NCBI GenBank assembly: GCA_013239625.1
Contig: MU054212.1
Span: 5,056,270 to 5,120,269 of the forward strand
DNA: 64,000 nucleotides
Direction of reading: 5' to 3'
From: Lama guanicoe
Lineage: Eukaryota
Each line of letters opens with the position of its first letter. Within the stretch, counting starts at the first letter, position 1. A program made the position numbers and the translations under genes. Below the pieces are notes generated by a model that was not told the origin of the DNA, ran no database searches, and was given only the letters and a program-made list of their open reading frames with translations. Positions 27,701-42,647 of the stretch are shown piece after piece.

Positions 27701-29801
27701 AGACACTTGCATAAATATAACAACATGAAACAGACAGAGGACAGGAGACAAAGGACAGAATTCTTTAGTTACAGATATTTTTATTTTAACAGGGAATAAA
27801 CATGTAGAAAAGATTTCTATAATTCTCTGGTAATTAGGCAGAGGAAATGCCAGAAATGTCACACTATCCTGCAATAGTCCCCTAGTCATTTCTCACCGCA
27901 GTCCCTGCTTTAAAAATTAGCATAACAGTCTAGGGAATTTAAAAGTACATAAGTTGTCTCCCTTGCCCAGCTCACACTTAAGGCTTTGAAAGGATTTCAT
28001 AGTTATGGATAAATATTGAGCTGGCTTTTGCTGTTCATCAGATTATTAAAAGGAGATGGCTAGCACCATCTAGCTGCAACACATACATGATAAGTTTAAC
28101 CTTGAGTTCCTGGCCCAATGTAGGCACTCAAATAACATTCAAAGAACTTGGGACCATGTTAGCATTAACACAGAAGCACCTACATGAAATTACATATGTG
28201 TATGTGTGTGTGTGTGTATGTATGTGTGTATGTATATATATATATATAATGTTAGCTTGAATTATAACACAAAAGCTTTGCTGTTATTGTTTTTAAATTT
28301 TCTAAAGTCTTCAGTGAGCATGCGAAAAAAGTACCAACTGTATATTTTGCCTCAAGCTGAGCAATAACTCATTTTGTTATAAATGCAATTTTTCTTCCAT
28401 GAACTATTGTTCATGACCATACTCCCACAAATACAAATGCCCTACAATCTTGAAATTCTCCTGGTTACAGTCAATGTATTTTTCCAGGCTAGTATTTCCA
28501 GAATACCTCCTAGATCTTTGCAAACTGTTAACATTTTCTACTTTAACATCGTGTAAATTCGTGTCTCTTTAGAAAAACCAAAAGACTCTTGCAGTTCTCC
28601 TGTGTAACTAGGAGAATGAGGTACTAAAAATATATATAGCAGGTTCATTCCTTTGAATCAGCCATTTGATGACAATTTGCCATAAATTTCAATTGCATGT
28701 AATGTGATATTTTCTACTCTCTTAAGATTGAAATATTTGTTTTCCTTATAAGCATAGTGGGAATATCAGAATAAAAGAGAAACACAGAAAAAAACATATA
28801 CGGACTGTTTCTCGTAGGTAAAATGAAAGCTAACACTGGTGTCCAGTGGCTGTTTTTATTCATGACACAGGAATGCACTGATGCTACTAGTTCACATGAA
28901 ATGACATGGTTCAGGAAAGGAGTGTGTTTCACTAGGATAAATAGCCTGCCTTGAGTGAATAGAAAATCCCACAACAGAAACTTGGCAAGAATTTGCCAGT
29001 AATGAGTTAGTTCAATTGAAAGAGGGATTTAGAACTGTTTCTTTTCCAGGAGATGAATGATTAAAAATGCTCCCTACACCAGGTGCTCTATGATGCTCTT
29101 GACCTTCATCCCCGTCTATGTTTGCAGGTGTTCCTCCAGTTTTACAGGGATAAACACTGTCTTTCTATGTCTCCACGAGGTGTAATTTTAGTGGCATGCA
29201 TTGTGGATGAGTGCAGTCACTTCTCTTGCCATTACAGCTAAATTTTCAACAAGAGGCTCCAAAATCTCATCCATAAAACTTGGATGCGTATCAAGGGAAC
29301 TGAAAGAGATGCCAGCATTTGTATATACTGTGCATTATAAGTATGAGGCTGTAATCTGATATTTGCATTAAAGTGGACTTCAAGAGTTTAAATCTGGTAG
29401 GATATGTAAATACTGTACTCAATTTCTTATAATGAGTTTAAAGATTAAAAATGGGGAAAATAGAATAATTTTATTTGAATGACATTGCCTTTGATTGATA
29501 TACCATTAGAACCTGAATTATAAGTGTAAGCTCGTATGTTGTTACACTAAAACAATGTAAGTTCATATGTTCCCCATTGTGGTTGTGGCATAGAAGATGT
29601 AGAGTAGAAGAGAGAGAGAGTAGATTGTCTAGAAAGAAAAACATAATGACTTTACTGTACCACTGATGCTAGGAACAGGAGAAAGGATGGACTATGACTC
29701 TGCCTCTGATGCTGACCAGCAAGTAAGAGGGAAGATATATTGCAGATAGAGTAATCCCAAACTTGGTTTGCCTTTGTTATTTATCTGTCTATGTTACCTA
29801 C

Positions 29802-29837
29802 CTATCTATCTATCTATCTATCTATTATCTATCTATC
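29802..29837. repeat. Interrupted (CTAT)n microsatellite
   Basis: Read directly. Confidence 0.9.
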
Positions 29838-30874
29838 CACCTTAAGAAAACTTCTGTATTGTAAAATACTGATTACTATTAGAGAGGTTACATAAATTTA
29901 TAGAAGCTAACATATACTACTTTTCTGAGTTGCAAATTTCACATTTGTTCTTCTGTATCTGACTTTGGTAATTCTGGACACTAACTCTGGTGGGTGTTAA
30001 TTGAATCATGTAATTAATTTGGGGAATTGAAGTAGCTCAGTACTATGATAACATGAATATACAAGAGCCTGTGTGATACTGTAATCAAGGACTTAAAAGC
30101 ACATGCAATTAAAAACAAAAAAAAATGACACTAGTAAAGCAACTATATAAAGGGTAAAGAAATTCAGTTAGCGGGGTCCAAACAAAAAAGGCAAAGAAAA
30201 GATTTTAAGCCAAGCTTTGAAAAACAGCATTTGTTTTATTTAAAATTTCATTTTAATATTTTTATTGAATTATAATTGCAATACATTATTATAGTAGCTT
30301 CAGATGTATAACATAATGATTCAGTATTTTATACACTATGAAATGAACACCATGATAAGTCTAGTTACCATTTGTAAACATTTGTCTTTATTTTTAATCA
30401 CTGTGGCTTATGACTGTATTGGGTCTGTTTTTAATATGATAGTCCAGTGTTTGGGGGATTATTTTACTTTTCAGATGGTTGGCGTTATAGTGATATTCAC
30501 AGTAGATATTTCCTGGAACTGCATGATTTGGACTCACTTTTAGGATTTCTCTACCCAAAGGGCCAAAACAAAAAAAATGGACAACTCAAAATTCAAATTC
30601 AAGTAAAGTAAGTACTAGTATATTAATATGTCTAAATATTTAAGTAATTAGAAAGAATGCCTATAAAGAGGTTTTAATAACATGGACTTACTTAGGCAAA
30701 ATAAAGAAAAAACAGACTTCCTAATTGTATACAAAATTTTATAAATTCTTTTTGTGTATAGAATAATATCAATGATTTTAATATATTCATAGAAAAATGG
30801 GATAAAAACTAAGCTTATGAGATTTTAGACTTTCAGTATTTCACTTACATAATCATAAAAACTCATTTGAGTAT

Positions 30875-31395
30875 TTTTTAAACAGACTTTATGTTTTAGA
30901 GCAGTTTTAGGTTCAAAGCAAAATTGAGCAAAAAGTACAAGGAGTCTTCATATATCCACTGACTCCACATACACGCAGCCTCCTATACTATCAACATCCC
31001 AGTGAACCTACAGTGACACATCACTGTCACCCAAAGTCCATATTTTATATTAATATTCATTCTGGGTATTGTGCATTCTATGGGTTTGAACAAATATGTA
31101 GTGACATGTATCCTCCATTATAGAATCATATAGAATGATTCCACTACCCTCAAATTCCTCTGTACTCCACCATTTCATCTCTCCCTCCCCGCAACCCATC
31201 TCTATAATTTTGCTTTTCCAAAATGTCACATAATCCAGAGTGTCATATAGTTGGAATCATACAGTATGTGATCTTTGCCAATTGACTTTTTTTTTTCACT
31301 TAGTAATATGCGTTAAATGTTTCTCCATGTCTTTTCGTGGCTTGATAGCTCATTTCTTTTTAGCAGTGAGTAACGTGCCATTGTCTGGATGTACG
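30875..31395 (-). mobile_element. L1MC1/2-type 3' end
   Basis: ttttagagcagttttaggttca ... gcaaaattgagc ... tcacccaaagtccata ... catatagttggaatcatacagtatgt. Confidence 0.88.
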
Positions 31396-33274
31396 TGAGT
31401 ACTCACGGCTGATGCACACTGCCTTCAGTATTGACATTCAGAGTTATAAAATAGAAAGCACATGAGCTACTCCTACAGAAAACATAATGAGAGTTTAAGC
31501 TGACTCCAAAGACATCTCAGGGCTATTGTACACTTTATAGTTACAGTCTTTCCTTAAAAAAGAAGAATTTTTCAGGGAATACCCACATTTTATATAAAAT
31601 GTGTTGTACTGAGATGTGCAAAACCAAAAATTTTTTTAAAGTGTCGTGTATGATAACCAGAATTCTAAATATATATTAAAACTTGTAATTATTTTTCATA
31701 AAAGCATCTCCTGTTTGTGGACCATAAAATCCGAAGAATAAGCATTTTCACAGGTGGTTGGAAGCTTTAAGGTAAGGACCATAGACCTGTGCCAGCTGTC
31801 CCCAGAGACAGGACCTGGAGAGCTTGACCCTGATATTTCCTTGTCTAGGAGCTCCTCCACGGTGGTGGCTGGATTGTACTAAAATAATTGAATCTATACA
31901 TGTGGCTGCACTTGTTTTCTCAAAAAAAAAAAAAAGGTGGTTATTGTTCTGTTTTGTTTTGCTCTGTTTTTCCTAGTGCCCACAGACCACAACATCAGAA
32001 GGCAAGTTTTATTTAAGTTCCATTAACACAAATTCTGCCAGGTTGATCCTGTACAAAATGCCAAAATCCTTACAAAATGCCAAATGTAAGATTTTTTTTC
32101 TTAACAATCCCTTAATATTCCTTCAGCATAAACCTTTAGTTAAAAAAGGAAATGAAATATAAGTGTTATGGTAACCTGTACTCAGACCTTTGACTTGAAC
32201 CAGTCTTCCACTTACATAAACGTGGCAGAAGCCAAGATGGTAAAGCTAAGTCATTCTATCAGATCTGCATCTGGGACTAGAGCTCTGAGGGTAGATGGTT
32301 ATTGGTACCACCCTGGGAATCTCTAAAATTGTTCATCGAATGTAATAAGTTAGAAGCTTCCTTGAAAAAAAAGTATGAATGACAGTGGTAGCGGTTTAGG
32401 GCAATGGAAAAATTTTAAATAAACAGTTATAGAGCTGTAAAGAACTGAGCTCCACACGTTTACTACAGGAATGTCTACACAGCCTTAGCAACATGTAACT
32501 GAATTCACTTCCAAGCAACATGGGTTCCAGCAGGCAGTGCTGCCACACAATAGCTCAAAAATAATGTTTAAATTGGCATGTAGGGAAGAGAGAATCCAAT
32601 AATGCAAAAGGCAGTTTAGAAAGGGGTGTATCTTAATCTTTATTATGTAGGAACTTCAAATCCAATATTGCAAATTCAGAGTTGTCTGATCATATTTGGA
32701 GGTTTAGCAAGGCAACCTTCCAGGGGTTCAATTTGCAAGATGACTTAAGGGAACTACAGGAAAGAAAAGGATCCAAAGTATTTGGACTGTTGGCTGCATC
32801 CTGACTTCATAGGACTAAAATCCATGAGCCATCCCTTTAAAGTTTTAGTCTGTGCAACTATTAGAGGATAAACGCTTCTAAAGAAAGAGAAACACTTAAG
32901 AAATTTAAGATCATCACAGAAATAATGGTTAGAGTGGAGGGTGGAGGGGATTCTGACTCAGATTACCCTCTGGCTCTGTCTGTCTTGTCTATGCCAGAGC
33001 CTTGGAGAGCAAGGACTGCATTAGAGCAGTAATGAAGAACCTGCATCACAAAACACCATGAGCATTTTAGAGGTCAAGGCATACAGGCTTGTGCCCTAGA
33101 AAAGCAACACAGCACAGGCAGGATAGAGAGAATTCCTCAACACCAATGGGAAGCAACACGGCAAGGTACACACCAAGCCATACACACATGACAGCCAGGA
33201 AGACCATCCTTGCCATGGCTTTCCCTGCCCCCTTTCCAGAAGAAGATGACAGGGGCTAAAAAAAGTTTCTTCTT

Positions 33275-33802
33275 TGTTAAGAATTCCTCACAGAACTTAG
33301 GAAGGCACTATATGTATAATTACAGTTTTATTAGGATAAAGGATACAAAATAGGATCAGCAGAAAGAAGAAATATATAGGGTGAGGTCTGGGAGGATACT
33401 AAACAAGAAATTTTTCAGTTCTCAGGAAATATCGCCCTCCTGGCACAACAATATATGGTTACCAACCAGAGAATCTCACCTGTGCTCAGGTGTCCAGAGC
33501 TATTATTGGGGTTCCAATACAGAAGCATGATTGATTGAATCAACTGCCATGTGACTGAATTCAATCTATAGTCTCCCTACCCAGAGATTACGAGGTCGGG
33601 CTAGTATGACTATGACGTCGCTCAAAGCTCTAAAACAGTCAAATCCGGTCCTGAAACTATTCACTGGCCCACGATGAGCTACCTTGTTAGTATAAACTCG
33701 GATGTGGTCCACGGGGCGCCCTATGAATAACAGAGACACTCCTATTGCTCAGGAAATTGATGGGAACCAGGATTAAAGGCCAAATAGATTCTTTATTTTA
33801 CA
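33275..33802 (-). mobile_element. MER21-like LTR
   Basis: ctcacagaacttagg, ggtgtccagag, gcatgattgattgaatca, atgaataacagagacactcctat; ends in ttaca. Confidence 0.8.
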
Positions 33803-36800
33803 TTAACTCATTTAATGATCTTAACAACCCTTTGAGGTATGAACAATTAGTCACAATTTTACACAGCATAAGGTAGTTAAGAAACTTACTCAAAGTCCAT
33901 GCAGCTGCTGACTAGAAAAATCTGACTTAAAAAAAAATTCATATGCCCGTTTTCTGTCTTTGAAACTCTATCCTTCATACAAATGTTGACTACACTTTGA
34001 AGAGAATTAATTCATCGTTCAATGTTTTAAACAATTTTATAATTGTTATCTATGTGCATTTTTATAGATTGATGTCACCTTTCAGTTGGTGACAACTGAA
34101 GGTAAACCACCCTTTTAAAAGAAGATAAACCATCTTTCCCCATTGCAAAACAGTCAGTCCCTATATCTCATGAGAAACTACAAAAGTTTGCAGGGGGAAA
34201 AGAACACACGAAGCTAGAAAAACATGGGTTGTCAATGGAAGTGTTATCAATATCCCAATATTTACTGACAGTGCAGTTTTGAGCTTAGTATTGTAAACAA
34301 TAAAAAAAATAACAAGATGCCTTCCTTCATTGGACTTAGGATCTCACTGAGGATATCAAGCTAACAGCACATGATACAGTCAGCACACAATTAAGTGTGT
34401 AGCTGCGTTGTACTGCCCAAATGCAAAGCACCGTGGGAACAGAGGGGAAGGCGATGACTTGTACAGTTTCCCAGTTGCTGGTAATCGTGGAATAGCCGAG
34501 GTTGGGAAAAGCAGATAGTGTACAACTGCACAGCCCATCAGGAGCTGAAAGGAGGCGTTGAAAGGAGGCAGTAAACAATTTACTAGAGTGGTAGAGCGCC
34601 ATTACTTCAAATAAAATGTGGCTTTATGAGAGGCAGGGATGACGAGTGCTTTTGTTTGATTGTCTCCTTTGTTTTGTATTTCCATCTGCTCTGACCCCTC
34701 ACATCTCTGAAGGTCTTTTATTCTTCCCTGTACATCCTGATCATCTTCTAAATTTTCTCTAATGAGACAGTTTTGCCCGCTCCCACAAGACTGTTTATCC
34801 TGGCTGGAAGATACGTTGCATTTGCAGACGGTACTAATGGTCAACCTGGCAAGTGTTGGCATTTATGGTGGCAGTTTCTCTTCATGACACCCACTGTAGG
34901 GAGTGATTCCCCTGAACCTGTACCTTTTATCATTTCTAACATCAGGAAGGATGCTGTTTGCAGGGAGAGGTGAGAATGGATGGGAAAGTGATTTATAAAT
35001 TATTTTTTGTAGGAATCGATCTTGATTTTCATCAACTCTCTAATAGAATTATGTAAATTGAACGTGAGTTATCTGAAGTCCTCCAAGTTTTAAAATTAAC
35101 ATAGCAAAGCTATAGTTTAAGCAGTGAACACCTATGCTAATAATGTATATATTCACATAACACAGCTGAAAGATAAAACAAAGTATCTCATTACCATGCC
35201 TAACTAACAAAATCGTGAATGTTATATTAGTGTAATTATGGGCATTCTAGTGATTTTCTACATGGGATGTTTTCATAGAGAATATGAAGATGAATTTTAT
35301 GCTAATTCTTATAATAATTTCTAAAATCTTCAACTAGTGGTTCAAAGTTGGTTTTCTCATTGGTTTCTACTTTATAAATGTGCATTTATAATTCTAAAAA
35401 CTATGATAATATTTCTCTGTAATTTGCACAAATATTTTCTTTTTTAAAGAGATTTTTCCCAATTTACTCAACAGATTGTTTCAGCTGTTTCTTCCGTTTT
35501 TTTATACTCTTGACTGGATATCTGTTTACTGCTTATATTCTTGACTGATTCTTTGCATTGTCCTTTTTGACATAACTACAGGGAACCTATTCTTTAATGC
35601 ATTCATAGAGACTAAGATTATTAGGGGAGAGAGCACAGTACATTTTCTCTTCTGAAATAGGTGTTCTGGTAGCTAGTCACTTTATAATATTGCCAGATGA
35701 ATGTAAATGCAGTTACAATAGAAATGGAAGACTAATAAAAAGAGATTTCCTTTGAATGACAGGACCAGGAAGTTTTCAGTGACATTATCAGACTTTTCCA
35801 AAATGTCCAAAAAATTGCTTAATATTTAAGTGAATTTTTCCACTTAATATCAAGAATGCCTCTCTAAAACAACTTTCAAAGAAAAAGTGTTAATGATATT
35901 ATAGGTGCAATTTCTTTAAATAGCATAGAGAGCTACTGTATTTATAAATTGTTATTTCCACCCAGTTGTTTGAGCAACTTTTACTAGCACTTAACAATGT
36001 GTTGCTCCCTTAATGGCACAAAGCAATGGTTTGTAATTTTGTGAAGTTTGTATTGATAAATCTGTCATTTACCAGTGGTTAGCAACTAATTTTCAGACAT
36101 TTCTAATGCAGAGCATATCCCATTAAGTTTAAAAATTCATTAACGTTTCTATGCCAGATGGCACAAAGTAAGAAATGTTTGAAGTACGCAGCAGCTAAAA
36201 CTCTTAAACATATAATAGCTTAGCTGGCAATTTGTTCTATATATTGCATATGAGAGCACCACAAAGTGCTGGCTACATAATACCCATCTGTGAATATATT
36301 GAATTTCTAAGAACCTAAGTAAATAGATTAGGCTTGAGACAAATAAGACTATAGAACCTTTAACTTAATTCTTCAAAGTTACAAGGCACAACTGCATTTC
36401 ACACTGATTGGAAAAGCTTAGAAAAATGTAAACACCAAGCATTAAAAAATTTATCTTCAGAAACCAACTGGGTGATCTGCCTTGGAATAAAAAACCATTG
36501 TGGGGAGAAAAAGTATTTTTGCTAACATTCTATTTAAGAGCAAGTACACTTTTGAATTAGAAGAAACAAAAATGCTGAATTTCAAATTTAATGTTATATT
36601 TTATAGGCTAGATTTTAAATCTGAATAGTAATTCATTTGAGTCCTCACTGATTGTATTCACCAAAAAAAAAAAAAATCTGTTTACACATGGCAATGCACA
36701 GGTTACCTCTATTGCCTAGTTAAGATATATTGGATATCTAAGAATTGTTCAATGATTTCAGAATGAATTTTTCACTCCATGCATTATTCAGCTCTCGTTT

Positions 36801-37049
36801 TGTCATAAACTAATAAAAAGTTTGCCTTTAACCCTGTATTACTATGTGAAAATATCCTCCTAAATTCAGAATATGTTCAATTGCCTTAAATCCTCTGTTT
36901 TGCTAGAAAGAAGTGATAGATATTAAAAAGCTCCTGTGTTTTAAGTGGAGCCAATCTCATTTTGAAAATGAAAGTTTCTTCATCTACAGCAGGAAAAAAT
37001 TAAAATATAAAACAATTTAACTGTCTTCTTATGTTTCAAATCTGCTAAA

Positions 37050-37210
37050 CACATTTTTAAATTTTATTTCCATAACAAACCTATGCAGTAGATTTTATTT
37101 TACTAGTTTTATAGCTGAAAAAAAAAAAACTGAAGCTTAGGGAGATTGTATAACTTGCTCAAGGCTGCAGAGCTAGTAACTTGAAAAATTGAAATTGAGA
37201 GCTTTGTCTA
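37050..37210 (-). mobile_element. MIR SINE
   Basis: ttccataacaaacctatgcagtag ... aaactgaagcttagggag ... aacttgctcaagg. Confidence 0.8.
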
Positions 37211-39569
37211 ATTCCCAAAAGGTGATTTTGTGAAAAATGGTCTCCAGAATTGGATTGTCTGATCTAGAATCTCAGAAGACAATGATGAGCAGCTTCTCCT
37301 AGGGCAAGTCACTGGGCAGAAATCTCTAGAACTGTGGTTCAGTTTGAACCTATACTTCATAAGGATGTGGTAAATACCATGAACTTATATTAAAAGAAAG
37401 CTCTATTAGGCTTCTTTAAGGGGAGTCAATATTAAGGATATCATAGTCTGGTTGGAAGAAAAGAACATTCACCTAAAAGTGGCTTTAAATATGTCAAATC
37501 ACAAACATATGTTGATGTATATGAATATTCACACTAGTCAGAGGGAGATATAATAAATATACTTTCAAACAGTTGTAATGAAGAATTAATTGAAAGTCTG
37601 TGGGAGTACTTGGCTTGCTAGCTTGAAAAATAAGTATTAAGATTTAGTGAATTAGAAAAATTAAAAATCTGGATTATTTTCTTAGATTATAGGCTTAAAG
37701 CATAAGCTATTTATGAATTTGTGAAATATCTGTTATGGTAAGGAGTAGTGCAATTTAAGTCTTATTTACTTCAATATCTGATTATAATACTAGCATGTAC
37801 TAATACTAATATATAATATTATATGTAATATTAAACTAAGGAACCTTAGGAGTCTGATGTAGTATGTAAATGCCTGTTTCATTCAGTGGCTTAGCTAGAC
37901 TTTATTTGGAAAAATTCCCAATAGCATAAGTCCTGTTCTTTCAAATATCCTAAATTCACAATTCAGTCCTATCCCACTTATAGATGATGCAAAAGTAACC
38001 TCAATCTGTATCAATAAAAAATTTACATAAATGGATAATAAAAAATTATTTTGTAACTCAGGCTATCTACACATTGGTCAGATCTTACAAAAACCATTTT
38101 GGTAAGATGTAGAAGGTCTATATGAGACTACCATAAAATCTCAGTTAGGAATATCATCAAATCATAGATAGTTTGATCATTTCATTAATTATCGTTATGA
38201 TCTCATGATTGATTTCATCAAGACAGAAAGAAATGAAAATCATTTGTAAACAAAAAAAAATTTTAATGATTTTGATTCAATAGAAATATTTCTAATAAAC
38301 CACATCCAATTCATGAACTTGACAAAAAATTTCCATGTAATTACTTCATAAATATTCCTGGTAGATGTTTTCCTTTCCCAGAATTCCTGAGAATAACTAA
38401 AAGCACACAATTTTTTTTCAAATAACAGAATGAAACATAACAACCAAACAATCCAACAAACGGAAAACTTACACTTCAAAGAAGGATATCATTATAGTTA
38501 TAAAATATACTATAAAAATAAATACAAAAGAGTTCTTTTCTCCTTTGTTGCTCCTCTAAGAGGTACTATATTCCTTTATCATGAAACTATAGTAGGTTCA
38601 AATAGTAACTTAAATATGTTATACTGAATTTTTATAACAATAACAATAAAAAAAAAAACCTCATGGATATCTTTGGAAATCCCTCTTCTTTTAGTAAATA
38701 ATTACTAACTTCACTGAGGTAAAACCTTTGCAAGCTTGTTATGTTTGATAGTTTAGAATGAAAGCTATTTTAAGATATTTTTAAATGTAACACATTCTGA
38801 AAAATAAAAGTGAATAACCAAATTTATTTTTGTTAAATTATAAAGTTTAAATACATAGGAAATCTTATTCAGTCAGCTGTTCACATAACTAATTAAATAA
38901 AAATATTATTCTGAACTAAAACATACCTAAAACTTTTAAGAACCCTTAGTAGTTACGTTTATCCCTGTGTGAATTGTTTTAATTAATATTTAGAGGCAGA
39001 TCGTATTTTCCAAACTGTCCTCAACAGTATTTTTCACTCCATACGCTCTTCCTGAAGCTTGCCGTCCCCACCAGGAGGAAGAGTCCATTCTCCTCCTCTT
39101 CTACATGGGGCCCTTGTGGTGGTGATGTTTTTGTAAAGATTGAACCTAGAGCCTCAAACTGTCCTCTTCAGCTGGCCCTTCACATTCTAGTCACAGCTGT
39201 TCTCCTTCTCTTTTCCATCACCCCACTTTCCTTTTTCTATGAAGGTTGAAGCTACTGATCCAGAAGAAGACGATACTGCTAGCTGGTTCCTCCTGCAGAA
39301 CTGAATATTGCCTTAGGTTCATCCATGTCAGACACGGGCTGAACTGCCTCAGTCATCACCTTCGCTTTGGCTTTGTGTCAGGTAAGCGCATGCTCACTTG
39401 TGCAGCACTCACTCTTGGATTAATACAGCGTGAAGTTTCTCTCTTAAGCAAATGCAGTGTCTTTGTATTTTACTTCAGTTTAGTTATCACTACAATTTTT
39501 CAGTTAAATTCTTCTTAATATAATGGAGATAGTTTTGTGATTTAGTGGGGAGTTTCAGTACAAGGACTA

Positions 39570-39720
39570 TAGAATGAACTGCCTAAACAACTTTTCAAAA
39601 ATACAGATGTCAAGACCAAAATCTAAACCTACTGAATTATAATATCTGAGGGTGGGTCCTGGGCATTAGTCAGCTTAAATAGTACTTTCAAGTGTTATTG
39701 CAATGCTCGTTCTAGTTAAT
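39570..39720. mobile_element. MER5-type hAT MITE fragment
   Basis: aaaaatacagatg ... acctactgaattataatatctgagggtgggtcctgggcatt. Confidence 0.7.
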
Positions 39721-39835
39721 AGTTATGTTCTGGAGTTATCAGTGCATTTGAGGATTTGGAAAAACCATGAATTTTATCTCTCATGAATGTCATGGATCTA
39801 ATGTAGAAGGAATTAGTTTGGTAGAATGTATCATA

Positions 39836-39838
<3 letters not shown>

Positions 39839-39866
<28 letters not shown>
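39839..39866. repeat. (TG)14 microsatellite
   Basis: Read directly. Confidence 0.97.
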
Positions 39867-39871
<5 letters not shown>

Positions 39872-40629
39872 CAGAAATATATAAACTATATATATAAACT
39901 TTAAAAAAGAAGCAGTTTTTTAAAAATAACCTTTTGAACTGACATCCACATGATATAAAATTAATTAAATTAAAAAGAGCAGTTTAGTGGCATTTAATAC
40001 GTTCGCAATGTTGTGCAACCACCACTTTGTTTACTCTTAATCACCTTCTTCACTGACTACGGCTTGTCTTCATTTTATTCAAAATAATTCCTTCTGCTTG
40101 ACTTTTTTCATTCTTTTGTTCTTTCGTCTCTCTGATTAACACCGGGTGTACCTGTTCAACCTTTCTGTGTCTGGCTTAGTGTCCAGTCACAGCCAAATGC
40201 ACGTGCATAATATGTGGATGTGGCCGTGGCTAAAGTGAGTAGCTGAAGTGACATCTTTATGAAGCAGATTTAGGGACACACGTGGTTTTCTTTTCAGAAG
40301 CAAAAGGCTAGGGGAATGTCTAGGAATCGTATAGGAGAACTCCCTGACACAGAAGAGGCCTTTGTTTTACCTTCTTGCTTTTTGCCCGGATCATCAAATA
40401 TGTGCTAGAATTCTTCTTGGAGGACTCCTTGTGGAGACTGTCACTAGCCTGTCACTCAACACTTTGCGTTCCAGTGTTTTATCTCACCATAGGAAATTCA
40501 CGATCAAGTATGAGAGCCCACGCAGTCAGTTACAGCAGAAGTTACAGGTAGAGAGACATGTCTCCTGCATACTCAATCAGACCTCAAGAACAAGAGGCAG
40601 TTTATCAAAGTGCAAAGGACCCTGGAGTG

Positions 40630-40770
40630 AGAGGGAAAGTGTTCCATGCTCCAGCCTGAGCCGTGGCTTCACTAACTGTGCTTGGCTTATTTTTCCTGGA
40701 TTTCTTTTTCCTCATCTGCAAAATGGGGAAGAAATGTGTTGCATGGTAGCTGTGCTGATCATGTGTGAAT
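40630..40770 (+). mobile_element. MIR SINE fragment
   Basis: cactaactgtg ... tttcctcatctgcaaaatgggga. Confidence 0.7.
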
Positions 40771-42419
40771 ATTCAAGATTGCACTTTAAAAAGGGATACA
40801 GCTCCTCACTATTTGAAATTGGTTTAGGTGCTTGATGTTGTAGCACCTGGTGGTGGGAAAGTTGGTTTATACTGAAAGTGTCCCATGGAGAGAAATTTCC
40901 CTCCTAACACAGCAGAAGCAGATTTGCAGGTCCCAGTGAAGTCCTCGTTGTTTTAATAGACTTAAAAAATTTGGGTTGTGTTGGTTTACAGAAAAATTGA
41001 ACAAAACTTACAGAGAGTTTCCACAGACCCCATCAACCCCCACTCTGGTTTCCCAGAAACCAAACTGTTTTCCCAAGTGGCTGTACCATTTTGTGTTCTT
41101 AACAGTAATGAAAGAATTCTTATTTCTTCACTTTCTTGCCAGCATTTCATGTTTTCTTTTTTTCGAGTTTAGCCATTCAAATAGGTCTGAAATGATGTCT
41201 CACTGTTGTTTTAGAAATTGAGAGTGTTTAAAGGATTAAAACAAAAAGTAAATTTAAAGACAATTTGGTAGTTCCTTGCAAAACGAATCAATACTCTTAC
41301 CATAGTATCTAGTGATCACACTCCTTGATACTTAGTGAAATGAGTAGCAAACTTTAAGTCCACACAAAAAAACTGCACAAAGATATTTGAGAGTCCTTGT
41401 GTGCATATTTAAGACCCCTTGTGTGTACAACTGCTTAAGGTCACAGTTCCATGACTATGTGGCGAGCTTCACACTGATCTGAGTTCCAATTATTATTTCA
41501 TTGAGGCTTTTCAAAGTTGAGTTTATTTTGTTTCCTCAGGAATGAATTTTCCAGGAACCTTTTTGGTTCTCTGAACGGATTTTTATTTTTCCTGGTGAAG
41601 TAGATTTTGAATATTCCTAATACCTGTTTGTATTTTCTGTACGCTTGCCAGAGTCCTGAGCATTGTCCGTCTTAAAAGAAACACATATTGAGAAGACGGG
41701 CATAGGGACAGTAAGTTCATCCTTCTGCTAGCTCCTAGAATGAAAGAGTTTACAAGGTTAAATTCTCAAACTCTTGTGTTTTTGACAATTTTTTTTTTTT
41801 TTACTATTTCAAAGCCTTACCAAGGGAAATTTCTCCTTCAGCCCAATATGCAGTAACAGAGACCAGACTTGCCTCTCACTAGAAATAAACAAAAGACATA
41901 AAACATATAAAACAATGATTTTAAGACATTGCATCAGGCAGTGAAGGACACTGCTCCCCGAGAAATGAGATGCAAATGAGGTGAGTCCTACGAATGTGTC
42001 AGCTTTCTGCCTTGAGAGAATTTCCAAGAAGGGGAATGAGGAGGGAAAATACAGATAAAACTCAGTGGATCGTCTAAGGTGATGGATCTGAGAATCCATA
42101 ATAGAAACCATCTAGAGTTTGCAGAGCAGAATATATGAAAGGAAACTGCTACATAGAAAGAGAACTCCAGAGATCTTCAGAGGCTTCACCATAAATATTC
42201 AGCCGAGTGCAGATCAGTGCCCAAGGATGAGGTAACTGCTCAAGGCCAAGAAAAGAACAACTCAACGGGATTAGAGTCAACAGTGGCTGGCGTTGACACA
42301 GGGCTGGGAAGAGTGCCTGTTGCCAACAGATGGATGGAAAAATCTCAGGATTCACAATGCACTGCTCAGAGTAACAGCGAAGGCTCTTATTTCAGTATTA
42401 GAAATAATCATTATTAAAA

Positions 42420-42647
42420 CATGTATTCTCAGCAGGGGTAATATCACTTCCAAGGGGTCAAAAATGGTTTCTTGAGAGTCAAGAAAACCTTAGATCTCAC
42501 AACATTTTATATACTCTAAATGGTCACAGTATTTAAATGGGAATACTGTGTATTTGTGGCATTAAAATTTCATGAGGGGAGGGTGATTTGGAAAAAAAAT
42601 CTAAAAAGACTTGCTAGAGGATAATGACAAATATTTAAGAAACATTG
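42420..42647. mobile_element. hAT-Charlie-type MITE nested in the L1
   Basis: Degenerate Charlie-like ends (catgtattctcagcaggggt ... ttaagaaacattg). Family not assigned; TSD not seen. Confidence 0.55.

Noticed and set aside
31754..31771. 18-nt microexon-like segment with AAG|GTAAGG donor
   Set aside because: Short pyrimidine tract, nearby upstream AGs and no host gene evidence.
40362..40835. Longest ORF (157 aa)
   Set aside because: Non-ATG start, no recognisable domain, and it runs through a MIR fragment.
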